Both the position numbers and the translations under genes were made by a program. This document shows positions 19,342 to 28,759 of a stretch of 64,000 nucleotides of DNA, one piece after another. The stretch's first letter is position 1. Every line of letters starts with the position of its first letter. Source of the stretch: Candidatus Bathyarchaeota archaeon (GTDB lineage Archaea > Thermoproteota > Bathyarchaeia > Bathyarchaeales > Bathycorpusculaceae); the NCBI GenBank assembly GCA_963833575.1, contig CAWHXY010000004.1, forward strand, positions 736,001 to 800,000, given 5' to 3'. Under the pieces are notes generated by a model. It was given only the letters and a program-made list of their open reading frames with translations, had not been told where the DNA came from and made no database searches.

Positions 19342-20655
19342 TTACTTTGCTCCCTTCAACGCCATTGAAACAATCTTGGTCATATGAGTTTCTGGTCCGA
19401 AAACTTCAATTGGCACACCTATTTTTTCGCCAAGCGCTCTCATCTGACACAAGCCCTCCAGATAGTTGGGTCCGCCCCTTCGGACGTATATCTTGACCTT
19501 ATTCTCTTGGAGATTCTTTTGGTGTTCTTTAAGGGCTTTGATTATGCCTTTGAAGGTACTTGCGACATCAGTAAAGTTTGCTATGCCACCACCTATTATC
19601 AGGAATTTGCCTTTCGGGTTTACCTTTCTGGTCATGAGGTCTAGTATTGTATTGGCGTAGAGATAGGTGAACTCCTCGCTTGGGTCACCTGAATATTCCC
19701 CGTAATTAGCCAGTTCGGTTATGTAGCCTAGATCAGTAATCGTATCAGCATAGATGACAGAGGCACCACCGCCTGCAACCATGGTCCATACTCTTCCTTC
19801 CGGATTGAGGATGGTTAGTTTCAATGAGGCCCCAGTTTTTGAGTCTAAGTCTTCGATGTAAGCTTCTTCTTCAGTCGGAGTTCTCCCAAAAGGAACCGGA
19901 AACTCTATTTTGCCCCACTTCTCGCCGCTCTCAAATTCGGCACAGCTGTCCAGCTTGGATGCCAAATCTAGTGGGATAACCGAATCCTCTGTTACTACAA
20001 TCGGGTTCATTTCCAAATAGGTGAAGTTTAGATCAGCATAAAATTTGAATAATGCTTCTGTGAATCCTGAAAGGCACTTACTGTGGGTAGCTGCAACTTT
20101 TTCTAGTAGTTTTTTCTCGATTTCTGCAATGCTTGGAAACTTGCCGATGGGCACCTCCAAACGCAATGCTTTAGCGTCAACGTCCCCGACGTCTACACCG
20201 CCTTCAGGGTAGAACAGGATAGTATCTCCATCTCTAGTCGACATTATAGCGAGGTAATATTCATCCTGATTTTTGTGCGGTACCAGTGGCTCGATAATAA
20301 AATGTGTCAGTTGACCAATTGTCCCCTTGTCCGCGGGATTTCCGTTGGCATCAAATTTACCGTAGATAGTTATCGGTCCTTTTGACTTCTCTTCTATCCA
20401 TGCTTTGGCTTGGTTGTAGTTTGCGCCTGCAAGAATTAGGTTATTCTTTCCTCTACGCTTTATCAATTGGTCGGGTTTTACAACCAACTTCTCTGTTGTT
20501 AGCCACTTATTTTCATTCAGCAGCTTTGTCATATCGGTTTGTGGTCCAACCGTGACAATCTTATCAGAAATATTGTACTCTCCGTGTGAGTAATCTTTCA
20601 AGAGACGGGCTAGCATGCGCTTACCGTCTGCTTCTCTGATTGCTTTATGCGCCAT
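19342..20655 (-). CDS. aclB: ATP-citrate lyase small subunit (ATP-grasp and citrate-binding domains)
   Basis: MAHKAIREADGK, KPDQLIKRRGK, WTMVAGGGAS, NYGEYSG, GGGIANFT and RRGGPNY. Confidence 0.95.
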   Translation of the reverse strand: MAHKAIREADGKRMLARLLKDYSHGEYNISDKIVTVGPQTDMTKLLNENKWLTTEKLVVKPDQLIKRRGKNNLILAGANYNQAKAWIEEKSKGPITIYGKFDANGNPADKGTIGQLTHFIIEPLVPHKNQDEYYLAIMSTRDGDTILFYPEGGVDVGDVDAKALRLEVPIGKFPSIAEIEKKLLEKVAATHSKCLSGFTEALFKFYADLNFTYLEMNPIVVTEDSVIPLDLASKLDSCAEFESGEKWGKIEFPVPFGRTPTEEEAYIEDLDSKTGASLKLTILNPEGRVWTMVAGGGASVIYADTITDLGYITELANYGEYSGDPSEEFTYLYANTILDLMTRKVNPKGKFLIIGGGIANFTDVASTFKGIIKALKEHQKNLQENKVKIYVRRGGPNYLEGLCQMRALGEKIGVPIEVFGPETHMTKIVSMALKGAK

Positions 20656-20667
20656 TATATTCTCCCA

Positions 20668-21891
20668 CTATTCAAGCTTCTGTTTGAGCCTTTTGGCAAC
20701 CTCAGCAATAAACTCCTCGGTGTAAACTTGTCTATTGTTTGGGTCCGACGTTGCAACAATCATCAAGTCACCGGTCATAATACCGCTTTCAACAGTCTCA
20801 AGAGCCGCATCCTCCAACTTTTTCGCGAAATCCACAACTTCCGGCGTCTTATCCAACTCACCTCTCTTTCGCAAGCAGCCAGTCCAAGCAAATATTAAAG
20901 CCATGGAGTTACTTGAGGTCTTTTCACCTTTCAAGTATTTGTAATAGTGTTTCTGAACCGTGCCATGAGAAGCTTCGAACTCATAAAATCCTTGAGGGCT
21001 AACAAGCACAGAAGTCATCATTGCCAAACTACCATAAGCTGAGCCCAACATATCGCTCATAACATCGCCATCATAGTTTTTGCAAGCCCAAAGCATACCG
21101 CCTTCCGTCTTCATTATTCGTGCAACAGCATCATCAATTAAAGTAAAGAAATACTCGAGTCCTGCTTCTTTGAATTTGGATTTCCAGTTTTTCTGGTATT
21201 CTTCTTCGAATATCTTACGAAAATCCGCATCATATGTCTTAGAAATTGTATCCTTAGCGCCAAACCAAACATGAAGTTTCTGGTCATATGCATAGGTGAA
21301 GCAGGCTTTGGCAAAGCTGGAAATTGATTTATCAGTATTATGAATGCCTTGAATGACTCCTGGACCTTTGAAATCTTGAATTGTTCCTCGCCAAAGTTCC
21401 TTGCCCGCAGCGTTTGTGAATACCATCTCGGCCTTTCCTTCTTCTGGAACCCTGTACTCACAGTTCTTGTAAACATCTCCATAGGCGTGTCTTCCTATGT
21501 GGATTGGTTTCTTCCAAGATCTAACTGCCGGAGGAATATTTTTCACAAGGATCGGTGCCCTGAAAACCGTGCCATCTAAAGCTGCTCTAATGGTGCCGTT
21601 TGGGCTACTCCATTCCTTCTTCAAATTATATTCTTTAACGCGGTCTTTGTTTGGAGTGATAGTGGCGCATTTTACTCCGACACCGTATTTCTTTATGGCG
21701 TCTGCTGCTTCTAAGGTTATTTTGTCGTCAGTTTCGTCTCTCTTTTTGAGTTGAAGGTCATAATATGCCGTGTTCATGTCGAGAAAGGGTAAAAGGAGCT
21801 GATCTTTAACCATCTTCCACATTATTCTCGTCATTTCGTCTCCGTCTATTTCGACGATCGGTGTCTTCACATTTATTTTGCTCAATCTCAT
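20668..21891 (-). CDS. icd: NADP-dependent isocitrate dehydrogenase, subfamily II (eukaryote-like)
   Basis: [35 protein letters not shown] and EASHGTV. Confidence 0.95.
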   Translation of the reverse strand: MRLSKINVKTPIVEIDGDEMTRIMWKMVKDQLLLPFLDMNTAYYDLQLKKRDETDDKITLEAADAIKKYGVGVKCATITPNKDRVKEYNLKKEWSSPNGTIRAALDGTVFRAPILVKNIPPAVRSWKKPIHIGRHAYGDVYKNCEYRVPEEGKAEMVFTNAAGKELWRGTIQDFKGPGVIQGIHNTDKSISSFAKACFTYAYDQKLHVWFGAKDTISKTYDADFRKIFEEEYQKNWKSKFKEAGLEYFFTLIDDAVARIMKTEGGMLWACKNYDGDVMSDMLGSAYGSLAMMTSVLVSPQGFYEFEASHGTVQKHYYKYLKGEKTSSNSMALIFAWTGCLRKRGELDKTPEVVDFAKKLEDAALETVESGIMTGDLMIVATSDPNNRQVYTEEFIAEVAKRLKQKLE

Positions 21892-21902
21892 TCCTCAATC
21901 AT

Positions 21903-23834
21903 TTATTTTACTGTATAGGAGAGCAGTCCGCCCTCATAGAGAATGTCTTTTTGTCTCTGGGAAAGGTTGTAGGTAAGCTCTATTTGGAGATTCTTGGTCT
22001 TGTTTACAAGGATGACTGGTTCATTATTCTGCAGTTTCTTCTTGATGCCTGGAATTTCAATCTCATCTCCTTGAGCTATTTTGTCGTAGTCAGCCATATT
22101 CTTGAAGGATAGCGAGATTATTCCGAAGTTAACAAGGTTGGCTGCATGGATTCGCTCTACCGACTTGGCTATGATCGCTTTGACGCCTAAGTACATTGGG
22201 CACAATGCAGCGTGCTCTCTAGAACTTCCTTGACCATATGATTCGCCAGCAACTATTACGATGTGCAATCCTTTCTTTTTTGCTTCCATTGCTCTCTTGG
22301 GGAATGCTGGGTCAATCGGCTCGAAAACAAATTCTGAATATTTGGGCACGTTGGATCTGTATTTTAGCCTTGCTCCAGCCGGCATTATATGGTCTGTAGT
22401 AATTTTGTCTCCGACTTTTATTCCGACAATGCCCTTTATTTGCTCGGGCATTTTGTCGTTTACTGGTGGAGTGCCTATGTTTGGTCCCCTAGCGATTTCA
22501 ATGTTTTTGTCAGATTCTTTGGGGAATATGAACATTGAATCATCAATTAGAAATTTCGTTGGCATGTTAACATTTGGGTATTCGAAGCCTGCATTTCTTG
22601 GATCAGTAAGTTTACCTGTGATTGCAGCTATAGCTGCGACTTCAGGGCTTACGAGGTAGACCTGAGCGTCTGAGGTTCCGCTTCTTCCTTCGAAGTTTCT
22701 GTTGCTTGTTCTGAGCGATACGCCGGTAGTCTTGGGACTTTGGCTGTTGCCGATACAGAATCCGCATGCTGCCTCTAGAAGCCTGGCGCCAGAATCTAGT
22801 AGGTCAAGGATGTAACCGTCTCTTGTCGCCATCTGCAGAACTTGTCTCGAGCCGGGTGCAACTCCAAATGATACGTCAGGATGGACTTTTTTACCCTTTA
22901 TTATCTTTGCTACTGTGGCTATTTCTTTGTAGGAGGAATTTGTGCAGGAACCGACCATTATTTGATCCACTTTAACATCTTTCAGTTCGCTTACTTTGAC
23001 AATGTTGCCTGGGCTGTGAGGTGCTGCAGCAAGTGGTTCAAGCGTACTAAGATCAAGATCGATTACTTTGTCGTACTCAGCGTCGTCGTCAGCCTTTAGC
23101 TCAATCCAATCTGCTTCTCGACCCTGTGCTTTAAGAAACCTCTTTGTCTCCTCATCTGAGGGAAATATAGAAGTGGTAACACCCATTTCGGCGCCCATGT
23201 TTGTGATTGTTGCTCTTTCTGGAACCGTAAGGTTCTGCACTCCAGGTCCAGTGTACTCTATTATGACACCGACATTGCCTTTTACTGTGAATATGTCCAG
23301 CATCTTCAAGACAACGTCTTTGGCGCTGACCCAGGGCTGAAGACTTCCCCTTAGATTTATCTTGTAAACTTTTGGGCATGTTATGTAGAATTCTCCGCCG
23401 CCCATTGCAACAGCTACATCCAGACCTCCTGCTCCAATAGCTACCATACCGATGCCTCCGCCGGTGGTCGTGTGACTGTCAGATCCAAGGAGCGTCTTTC
23501 CAGGCTTACCAAATCTCTCCAGATGGACTTGATGGCATATTCCGTTACCTGCCTTTGAATAAATTACGCCATATTTGGCCGCTACTGTCTGAAGGTACTT
23601 ATGATCATCAGCGTTTTCGTAACCCACTTGGATGGTGTTGTGGTCAACATAGCTAACAGAAAGCTCTGTTTTCACCTGTTTGAGTCCCATTGCTTCAAAC
23701 TGCAGGTATGCCATGGTTCCTGTGGCGTCCTGAGTGAGAGTTTGATCAATCTTTATGCCTATCTCGTTTCCAGGTATGTATTCTCCGACCACCAGATGTT
23801 TTTCTATTATTTTTCGAGTAAGGGACTTTCCCAT
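21903..23834 (-). CDS. Aconitate hydratase (short single-chain type)
   Basis: QDATG, GICHQVH, GSDSHT, GSCTN, CGFCIG and GSSREHAA. Confidence 0.93.
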   Translation of the reverse strand: MGKSLTRKIIEKHLVVGEYIPGNEIGIKIDQTLTQDATGTMAYLQFEAMGLKQVKTELSVSYVDHNTIQVGYENADDHKYLQTVAAKYGVIYSKAGNGICHQVHLERFGKPGKTLLGSDSHTTTGGGIGMVAIGAGGLDVAVAMGGGEFYITCPKVYKINLRGSLQPWVSAKDVVLKMLDIFTVKGNVGVIIEYTGPGVQNLTVPERATITNMGAEMGVTTSIFPSDEETKRFLKAQGREADWIELKADDDAEYDKVIDLDLSTLEPLAAAPHSPGNIVKVSELKDVKVDQIMVGSCTNSSYKEIATVAKIIKGKKVHPDVSFGVAPGSRQVLQMATRDGYILDLLDSGARLLEAACGFCIGNSQSPKTTGVSLRTSNRNFEGRSGTSDAQVYLVSPEVAAIAAITGKLTDPRNAGFEYPNVNMPTKFLIDDSMFIFPKESDKNIEIARGPNIGTPPVNDKMPEQIKGIVGIKVGDKITTDHIMPAGARLKYRSNVPKYSEFVFEPIDPAFPKRAMEAKKKGLHIVIVAGESYGQGSSREHAALCPMYLGVKAIIAKSVERIHAANLVNFGIISLSFKNMADYDKIAQGDEIEIPGIKKKLQNNEPVILVNKTKNLQIELTYNLSQRQKDILYEGGLLSYTVK

Positions 23835-24068
23835 AAATGTCTCATCCTATGGAAAGACTTGTTTTTCTTATGTGCATATAAAGGTTGTCAATTTATGCGA
23901 CAACCAGCAATCTATGTTTACGTAAACAGTCTTAATTTAGAATAGTGTCTAAACAACAATACAAAAAGAAACTAAATTTCAAACCAAACTATTTTTGACT
24001 TCGCCCACTTAAGAATATAGTAGCGATCATGATAAAACGCTGCTAGGATGATCGATCTTTGAGCAGTA

Positions 24069-24193
24069 GGGTTTGCTGAGGCTCTGGCAAAAATCTTTTC
24101 TTTTAGGAGAAAAAGAAAAAATGCAAATTTCTTTTTTCACGATCCTATGTCACGCATCGTGAATTTTAACCCGAGCCCACTCAGCCCCAATTT
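24069..24193. repeat. Conserved structured element, copy 3 (3' of beta-propeller gene 2)
   Basis: Near-identical to copy 1; about 60 bp beyond the stop codon at 24252. Confidence 0.92.
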
Positions 24194-24215
24194 GCTCCTA
24201 AAATAGTTTGAGACT

Positions 24216-24250
24216 AAAAAAGGGGAAATGCTAGTTTAGTTTAGCATTTT
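24216..24250 (-). terminator. Hairpin plus U-tract after beta-propeller gene 2
   Basis: Minus strand reads AAATGCTA-AACTAAAC-TAGCATTT followed by CCCCTTTTTT. Confidence 0.55.
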
Positions 24251-24251
24251 T

Positions 24252-26905
24252 TTATGGTCGTTTCCTAAGCATTAGTACCATTACGACAGCTAAGACAATA
24301 ATGATTAAGACGAATAGTCCAGCGATTGCGGGAACAAAGTATGCGTCAGCGACAGATGTTGGAGTTGCCGTAGGTGCAGTTGTAGCTTGAGGTGCTGATT
24401 GTACTACAAGGTTGGTTTCTGCGTTTGATTGATAGTAGCCATTGGTTCCGGCGAATATAGCGTAGACTGAGTAGCCTCCTGGGACATTTGGAATAGTCCA
24501 AACGTAATGGAATAAGCCGTTTGCATCAGTTGTGGCGCTGCCGATTGTTATGTAGTTCCCATTAGGGTCATATGCCGTTATGCTTACTTGAACACCTGTG
24601 AAATTGGTTGGCATTGCTTGTTGCTGGTATACGTAGCCCATCCATTCTCTCATGCTTGCATCAGAAGAGACTGGAACGCCGTTTGGAAAATTAGCTGCAA
24701 CCTGTGTTTGCTTTGTGCCAGCAGAAACGTCTGTTACCGTGCCTTGTATTACAACCTTTTCGCCTGCTGTAATTTGGGTCATTGGCGCCTGTACTGTGGT
24801 AGCGCTTGGTCCTCTGCCAACACTATAGACTTGGTTGTCATAGCCGTTGAAGAATGTTGCATAGCCGTCTGCCATGGCAAAACTCATCGCTGCGAACTCA
24901 CCAGTATAATCTGAGAGAGTCCAGATTTCAGCGCCAGTTGTTGCGTTAATAGCGCGTGCCAATGCACCTTTGAAAATGGGTGTTTCGACAGTGTGCTCAG
25001 TTGTAATTAAGTATACTACTCCGTTGCCAATAGCTTGTATGAAGGTGGGATATTCGCCGAAAGCAGTTTCAAGGCCTGCATAAGTGCTGTTGCCTTCGCC
25101 GCCGTTACCATATGTCCACAGTAGAGTTCCATGTGCAATGTCATAAGCGTAGCATATTCCTCCGAATCCACTGCTGTAGAGAATACCGTTAGCAGCTATG
25201 CCATTAACGTTGGGGGTAGCTGGGTTGCCATAGTAGTCAAAAGCTGTTTGACCTGCGGTTGGACCCCAAAGTTTAGCGCCTGTTGCCATGCTGTATCCTA
25301 CCCACTGCATAGTTTCTGCATATGCTTCAGTGAAGACGCCAGTTTTTGCGTCTGCCGGACCTGGTAAGACAGTGACGTTGCCTGCGGGTGCATTAAGTGT
25401 GTTTGTCCATGATGGAGTGATAGTTGTGGTAGTCTTGCTAATTCCATTGAGACTTATACCGAGGTATGTGTATGGGGTGCTGCTTACTGTTCGGAATATG
25501 AGTGTTGACGAGGAGGGCAACGTGCCAACTTCCACAATCAGCATGTTGTTGTAGAAAGCATCTTCAATTGTAGGTGTTCCGGAGAGTGTGTTGAGCGCTG
25601 GTACTGAAACGTTGAAGTCATATAAGCTCTTAGTAGCTCCGTTAGTTGTTACCGGAATTATTGGTGGCGATGTTGACGAGCCCGAGTAGTCAGGTTCCCA
25701 AAGTTTTGATGAGTTCCATTCCTGCAAATAATATTGTGTAGGACCTGCGGGAACCGCAACTGGGCCATAGATTGTGTTTATTGTCGTCGTTGGCCCACAG
25801 TTTACAATGGATAATATTAGGTGTTCACCGTTTGGACCTAGTATAGTTGTGCCTGATGGAACGTTGGTTATGTTGAACATTGGGTCTCCTGTGTATGCAT
25901 CAAAAGCACGCCATGAGCTTGTGAACAGTATTGGCGGGTAAACTCCGTGTTGGTTGGGGTCTTGAACGTCATAAATGTAGCCGAAGGACAGGGCAGGTAC
26001 GTCAGTGCGAGACCAAATAGTTTTTCCTGTTTGCAGGTCTACGGCAACTGTTGGTCCATTGCTAGGTCCTGAGAATGATACTGGTTGTGTGTAGAAGAGC
26101 ATTCCATCAAGAATTATTGGATTGGTAAATCTTTGCTGATAGGCTGAACCTTCAAAGTATGTGTCTCCTGCAATGGCAAAGTTGTTTCCTCCTACGACTC
26201 CTCCGCCTTGAATTGGTGTTGTCCACATTACGTGGCTAGTAAGTGGTCCCACAGCGTCACCTGGAAAACTTGATTGGGCTGATCCCCCAAAAGAGTAACC
26301 AGAGTAGCCTGGTGCACCTGAGCCTAGCCAGTTTGAAGAAATTGTGTACCAGTTACTGTTTGTGCCGTAAATTGGGCGTGTCCAATAACTTGTTGGTAGA
26401 GGAGTAGTTGGGTAATTGGATATTGCTTGCTGCTGAACAGTTAGTGTTGTAGAGGCAGTGCTAGGCAAATAAGTATCATTAACCAATGCTGAGGTTGGAC
26501 TATCGTTGTTTACAGTTACTAATTGTCCTGGGAATGTAAAGTTGAAACTGTATGTGCCTATTTGGCTAGGAGTAAATGGATAGTCCTGTGCTGATGTTGG
26601 ATCTGTTACGGTCGCAAAATTCTCATGTGTTATTGTACCGTCAGGTGCAGTAATGGTGAGTTGGTAGTTTAGGAATCTGTAATTGTTTGACAAGGCACTT
26701 GATAAGTCATATGTGTCGTCAAGCCACATGATTACGTAGGCTTTTTGGCCGACACCTACAGGGTTAGGTGCTGCATTTATGAAAGCAAAAGTTGGAATGT
26801 TCCATGCTGGTGTGTGTGTGCATTAACGTTTGGTACTAACATAATTGAAGTAGCAATTGAAAGAGTTAATAATATCGCGATAGCTATTGTTTTAAGGTTT
26901 TTCAT
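24252..26905 (-). pseudogene. PQQ-like beta-propeller surface protein paralogue 2, frameshifted by an extra CA after the signal peptide
   Basis: ATG 26905 gives MKNLKTIAIAILLTLSIATSIMLVPNVNA. (CA)5 at 26811-26820 versus (CA)4 in paralogue 1. Removing 2 nt restores AHTPAWNIPT and joins the 825-aa ORF (2652 nt total). Confidence 0.85.
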
Positions 26906-27112
26906 ATTTTTTCTTCCTATATTTCTGTGAGAGTCTCATTAGCAACCAAGGTGTATTTAGATTTTTCGTGTTTTAGAAAAAAAGCCCTAAAAAAGGAGAA
27001 AATATACGACATAAAAGTATACTTTCAAGATTATTTGCTACCACTAATGCTTAGTTTATATTTTCTTGATTTTGAGAATACTTAATTAGGCAGTTTAAAA
27101 AGAAAAGGACTA

Positions 27113-28090
27113 ATGAGAACAGAGATTGACGCAATAAACGCCAAAATTCTAAGGGAGTTACTCAAAGATGGACGCAAGAGTTTCGCAGAAATTGCGAAGG
27201 AGAGCAATACTTCAAAAGATGTTATCGCAAAACGTTACAGACAAATGAAAGATAAAGGAATCATAGTTGGGGCTACGATACAGAATAGCCCTGCTTGTTA
27301 TGGGGGTAACTTTGTTGCGGGTTTCTACGTCTTCACTCAACCAAACAAGGCGGAGTTTGTACTGCAACTAGCCAAAAAAATACCTCAAGCAATTGACGTT
27401 TTTCGTTTGAGTATTAACCCAAGTTTGGCAGTCATGGCAATTATGAAAAGCATAAGTGAATTGGACCAGATCAAACAAGTAATAAAGACTATGCCTTATG
27501 TTGTGGATGTAGATACAAGACTGTATACAGAAATAAAAAATAATCCAGACAATTTATCGATATTAATGGAAGAGAGCGGCAAAAAAAATGATAACGAAAT
27601 TGTGAAAAAGAAAACGCTGAAAATAGTTGATATTAAAATTGACAAAATTGACTCTCAAATAATTGAAAAACTTGCAACAAACTCTCGTTCGCCCTTTAAA
27701 CAAATCGCTTTAGAGCTGAAGGTCTCAACTGACACAGTTATAAGAAGGTATGAAAGACTAAAGAAAAATGGAGAAATTAGAGCGATAATACAGATAAACC
27801 CCACAAAAATAGGCTATTATGCGTTCGCTGTTTTCAATTTGTCCTTCATTTCCCAAGATAATTGGCCTGAAAAGATGGAGGCTCTTGCCAAGATTCCAGA
27901 TATCAATTTCATATTTAAGACAACTGGCCAATTTGACTATCTAGCAAGTTTATGGGTAAAAGACATCAATCAATTAGTGGACGTCAAAGAAGAAATTGCC
28001 AGCATGCCGGGCCTATCAAAAATGGAAATAGCTGTAGAAAGAGCACTTAGTGTTTGGCCAATTCCCAGAGAAGTTATATCAACATTTTAG
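27113..28090 (+). CDS. Tandem double-domain Lrp/AsnC regulator
   Basis: KILRELLKDGRKSFAEIA and DKIDSQIIEKL HTHs, TTGQFDY, C-terminus WPIPREVISTF. Confidence 0.9.
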   Translation: MRTEIDAINAKILRELLKDGRKSFAEIAKESNTSKDVIAKRYRQMKDKGIIVGATIQNSPACYGGNFVAGFYVFTQPNKAEFVLQLAKKIPQAIDVFRLSINPSLAVMAIMKSISELDQIKQVIKTMPYVVDVDTRLYTEIKNNPDNLSILMEESGKKNDNEIVKKKTLKIVDIKIDKIDSQIIEKLATNSRSPFKQIALELKVSTDTVIRRYERLKKNGEIRAIIQINPTKIGYYAFAVFNLSFISQDNWPEKMEALAKIPDINFIFKTTGQFDYLASLWVKDINQLVDVKEEIASMPGLSKMEIAVERALSVWPIPREVISTF

Positions 28091-28321
28091 TTTATGAACA
28101 AGCTTGACAAATCTTGAAGTAGAGCCAAAACAACTCAGTAGCTTCAGTTTAGGCTAAAGCAAATACCAAAGACCAAATCATCATGTTTTTTTACCATGGG
28201 TATCTTCAAATTAATCAAAATTGAGTAATAAAATCTGCAAAGTGTAAGCTCAGAATACGAATTGCGACTTTAAGAAGAAAGAAAACACTTTAGAAAAACG
28301 AGTAATGAATTATTATCATTA

Positions 28322-28618
28322 TTAACCCATAATAGTTGGGTTAACATTTTCTTCATTGATATGATGCATAACATGGATCGCCAAACCCGTCGCTGCACCA
28401 GCAGAAAGCCCAATTAGCAGATTGTTAAGCCATCCGAGTTGTCCAACCAGACCTAATACAACTAGCGCATCAAAAACTAGTGCAACTGCCAAATAACCCA
28501 CGCACCACATCTTAACGCTCATTCCCCGCGGCTTTTCAATGCCAATACCGCCCAAGACACCGATCATTATTATAAAGCCAATTAATGCAAAAATCCAATC
28601 GTAACTCAAGCTTTTCAC
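28322..28618 (-). CDS. Small membrane protein (about 3 TM helices)
   Basis: Three hydrophobic stretches. Confidence 0.65.
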   Translation of the reverse strand: MKSLSYDWIFALIGFIIMIGVLGGIGIEKPRGMSVKMWCVGYLAVALVFDALVVLGLVGQLGWLNNLLIGLSAGAATGLAIHVMHHINEENVNPTIMG

Positions 28619-28759
28619 CTGTTTGTCTGGCTAAGTTGATTTAGAGCTTAATTAGTTTATCGAATACAAGTGCCAATTAAAGATGGATTGTAATTTACAC
28701 AGGCACATATAGTTAACCTTTTTTACCTTCAACTATGTCTCTTAACCATCTCCTAGGAT

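Noticed and set aside
17488-20655. ACL as proof of reverse-TCA autotrophy
   Set aside because: Other required enzymes are not in the window, and a biosynthetic role explains the operon equally well.
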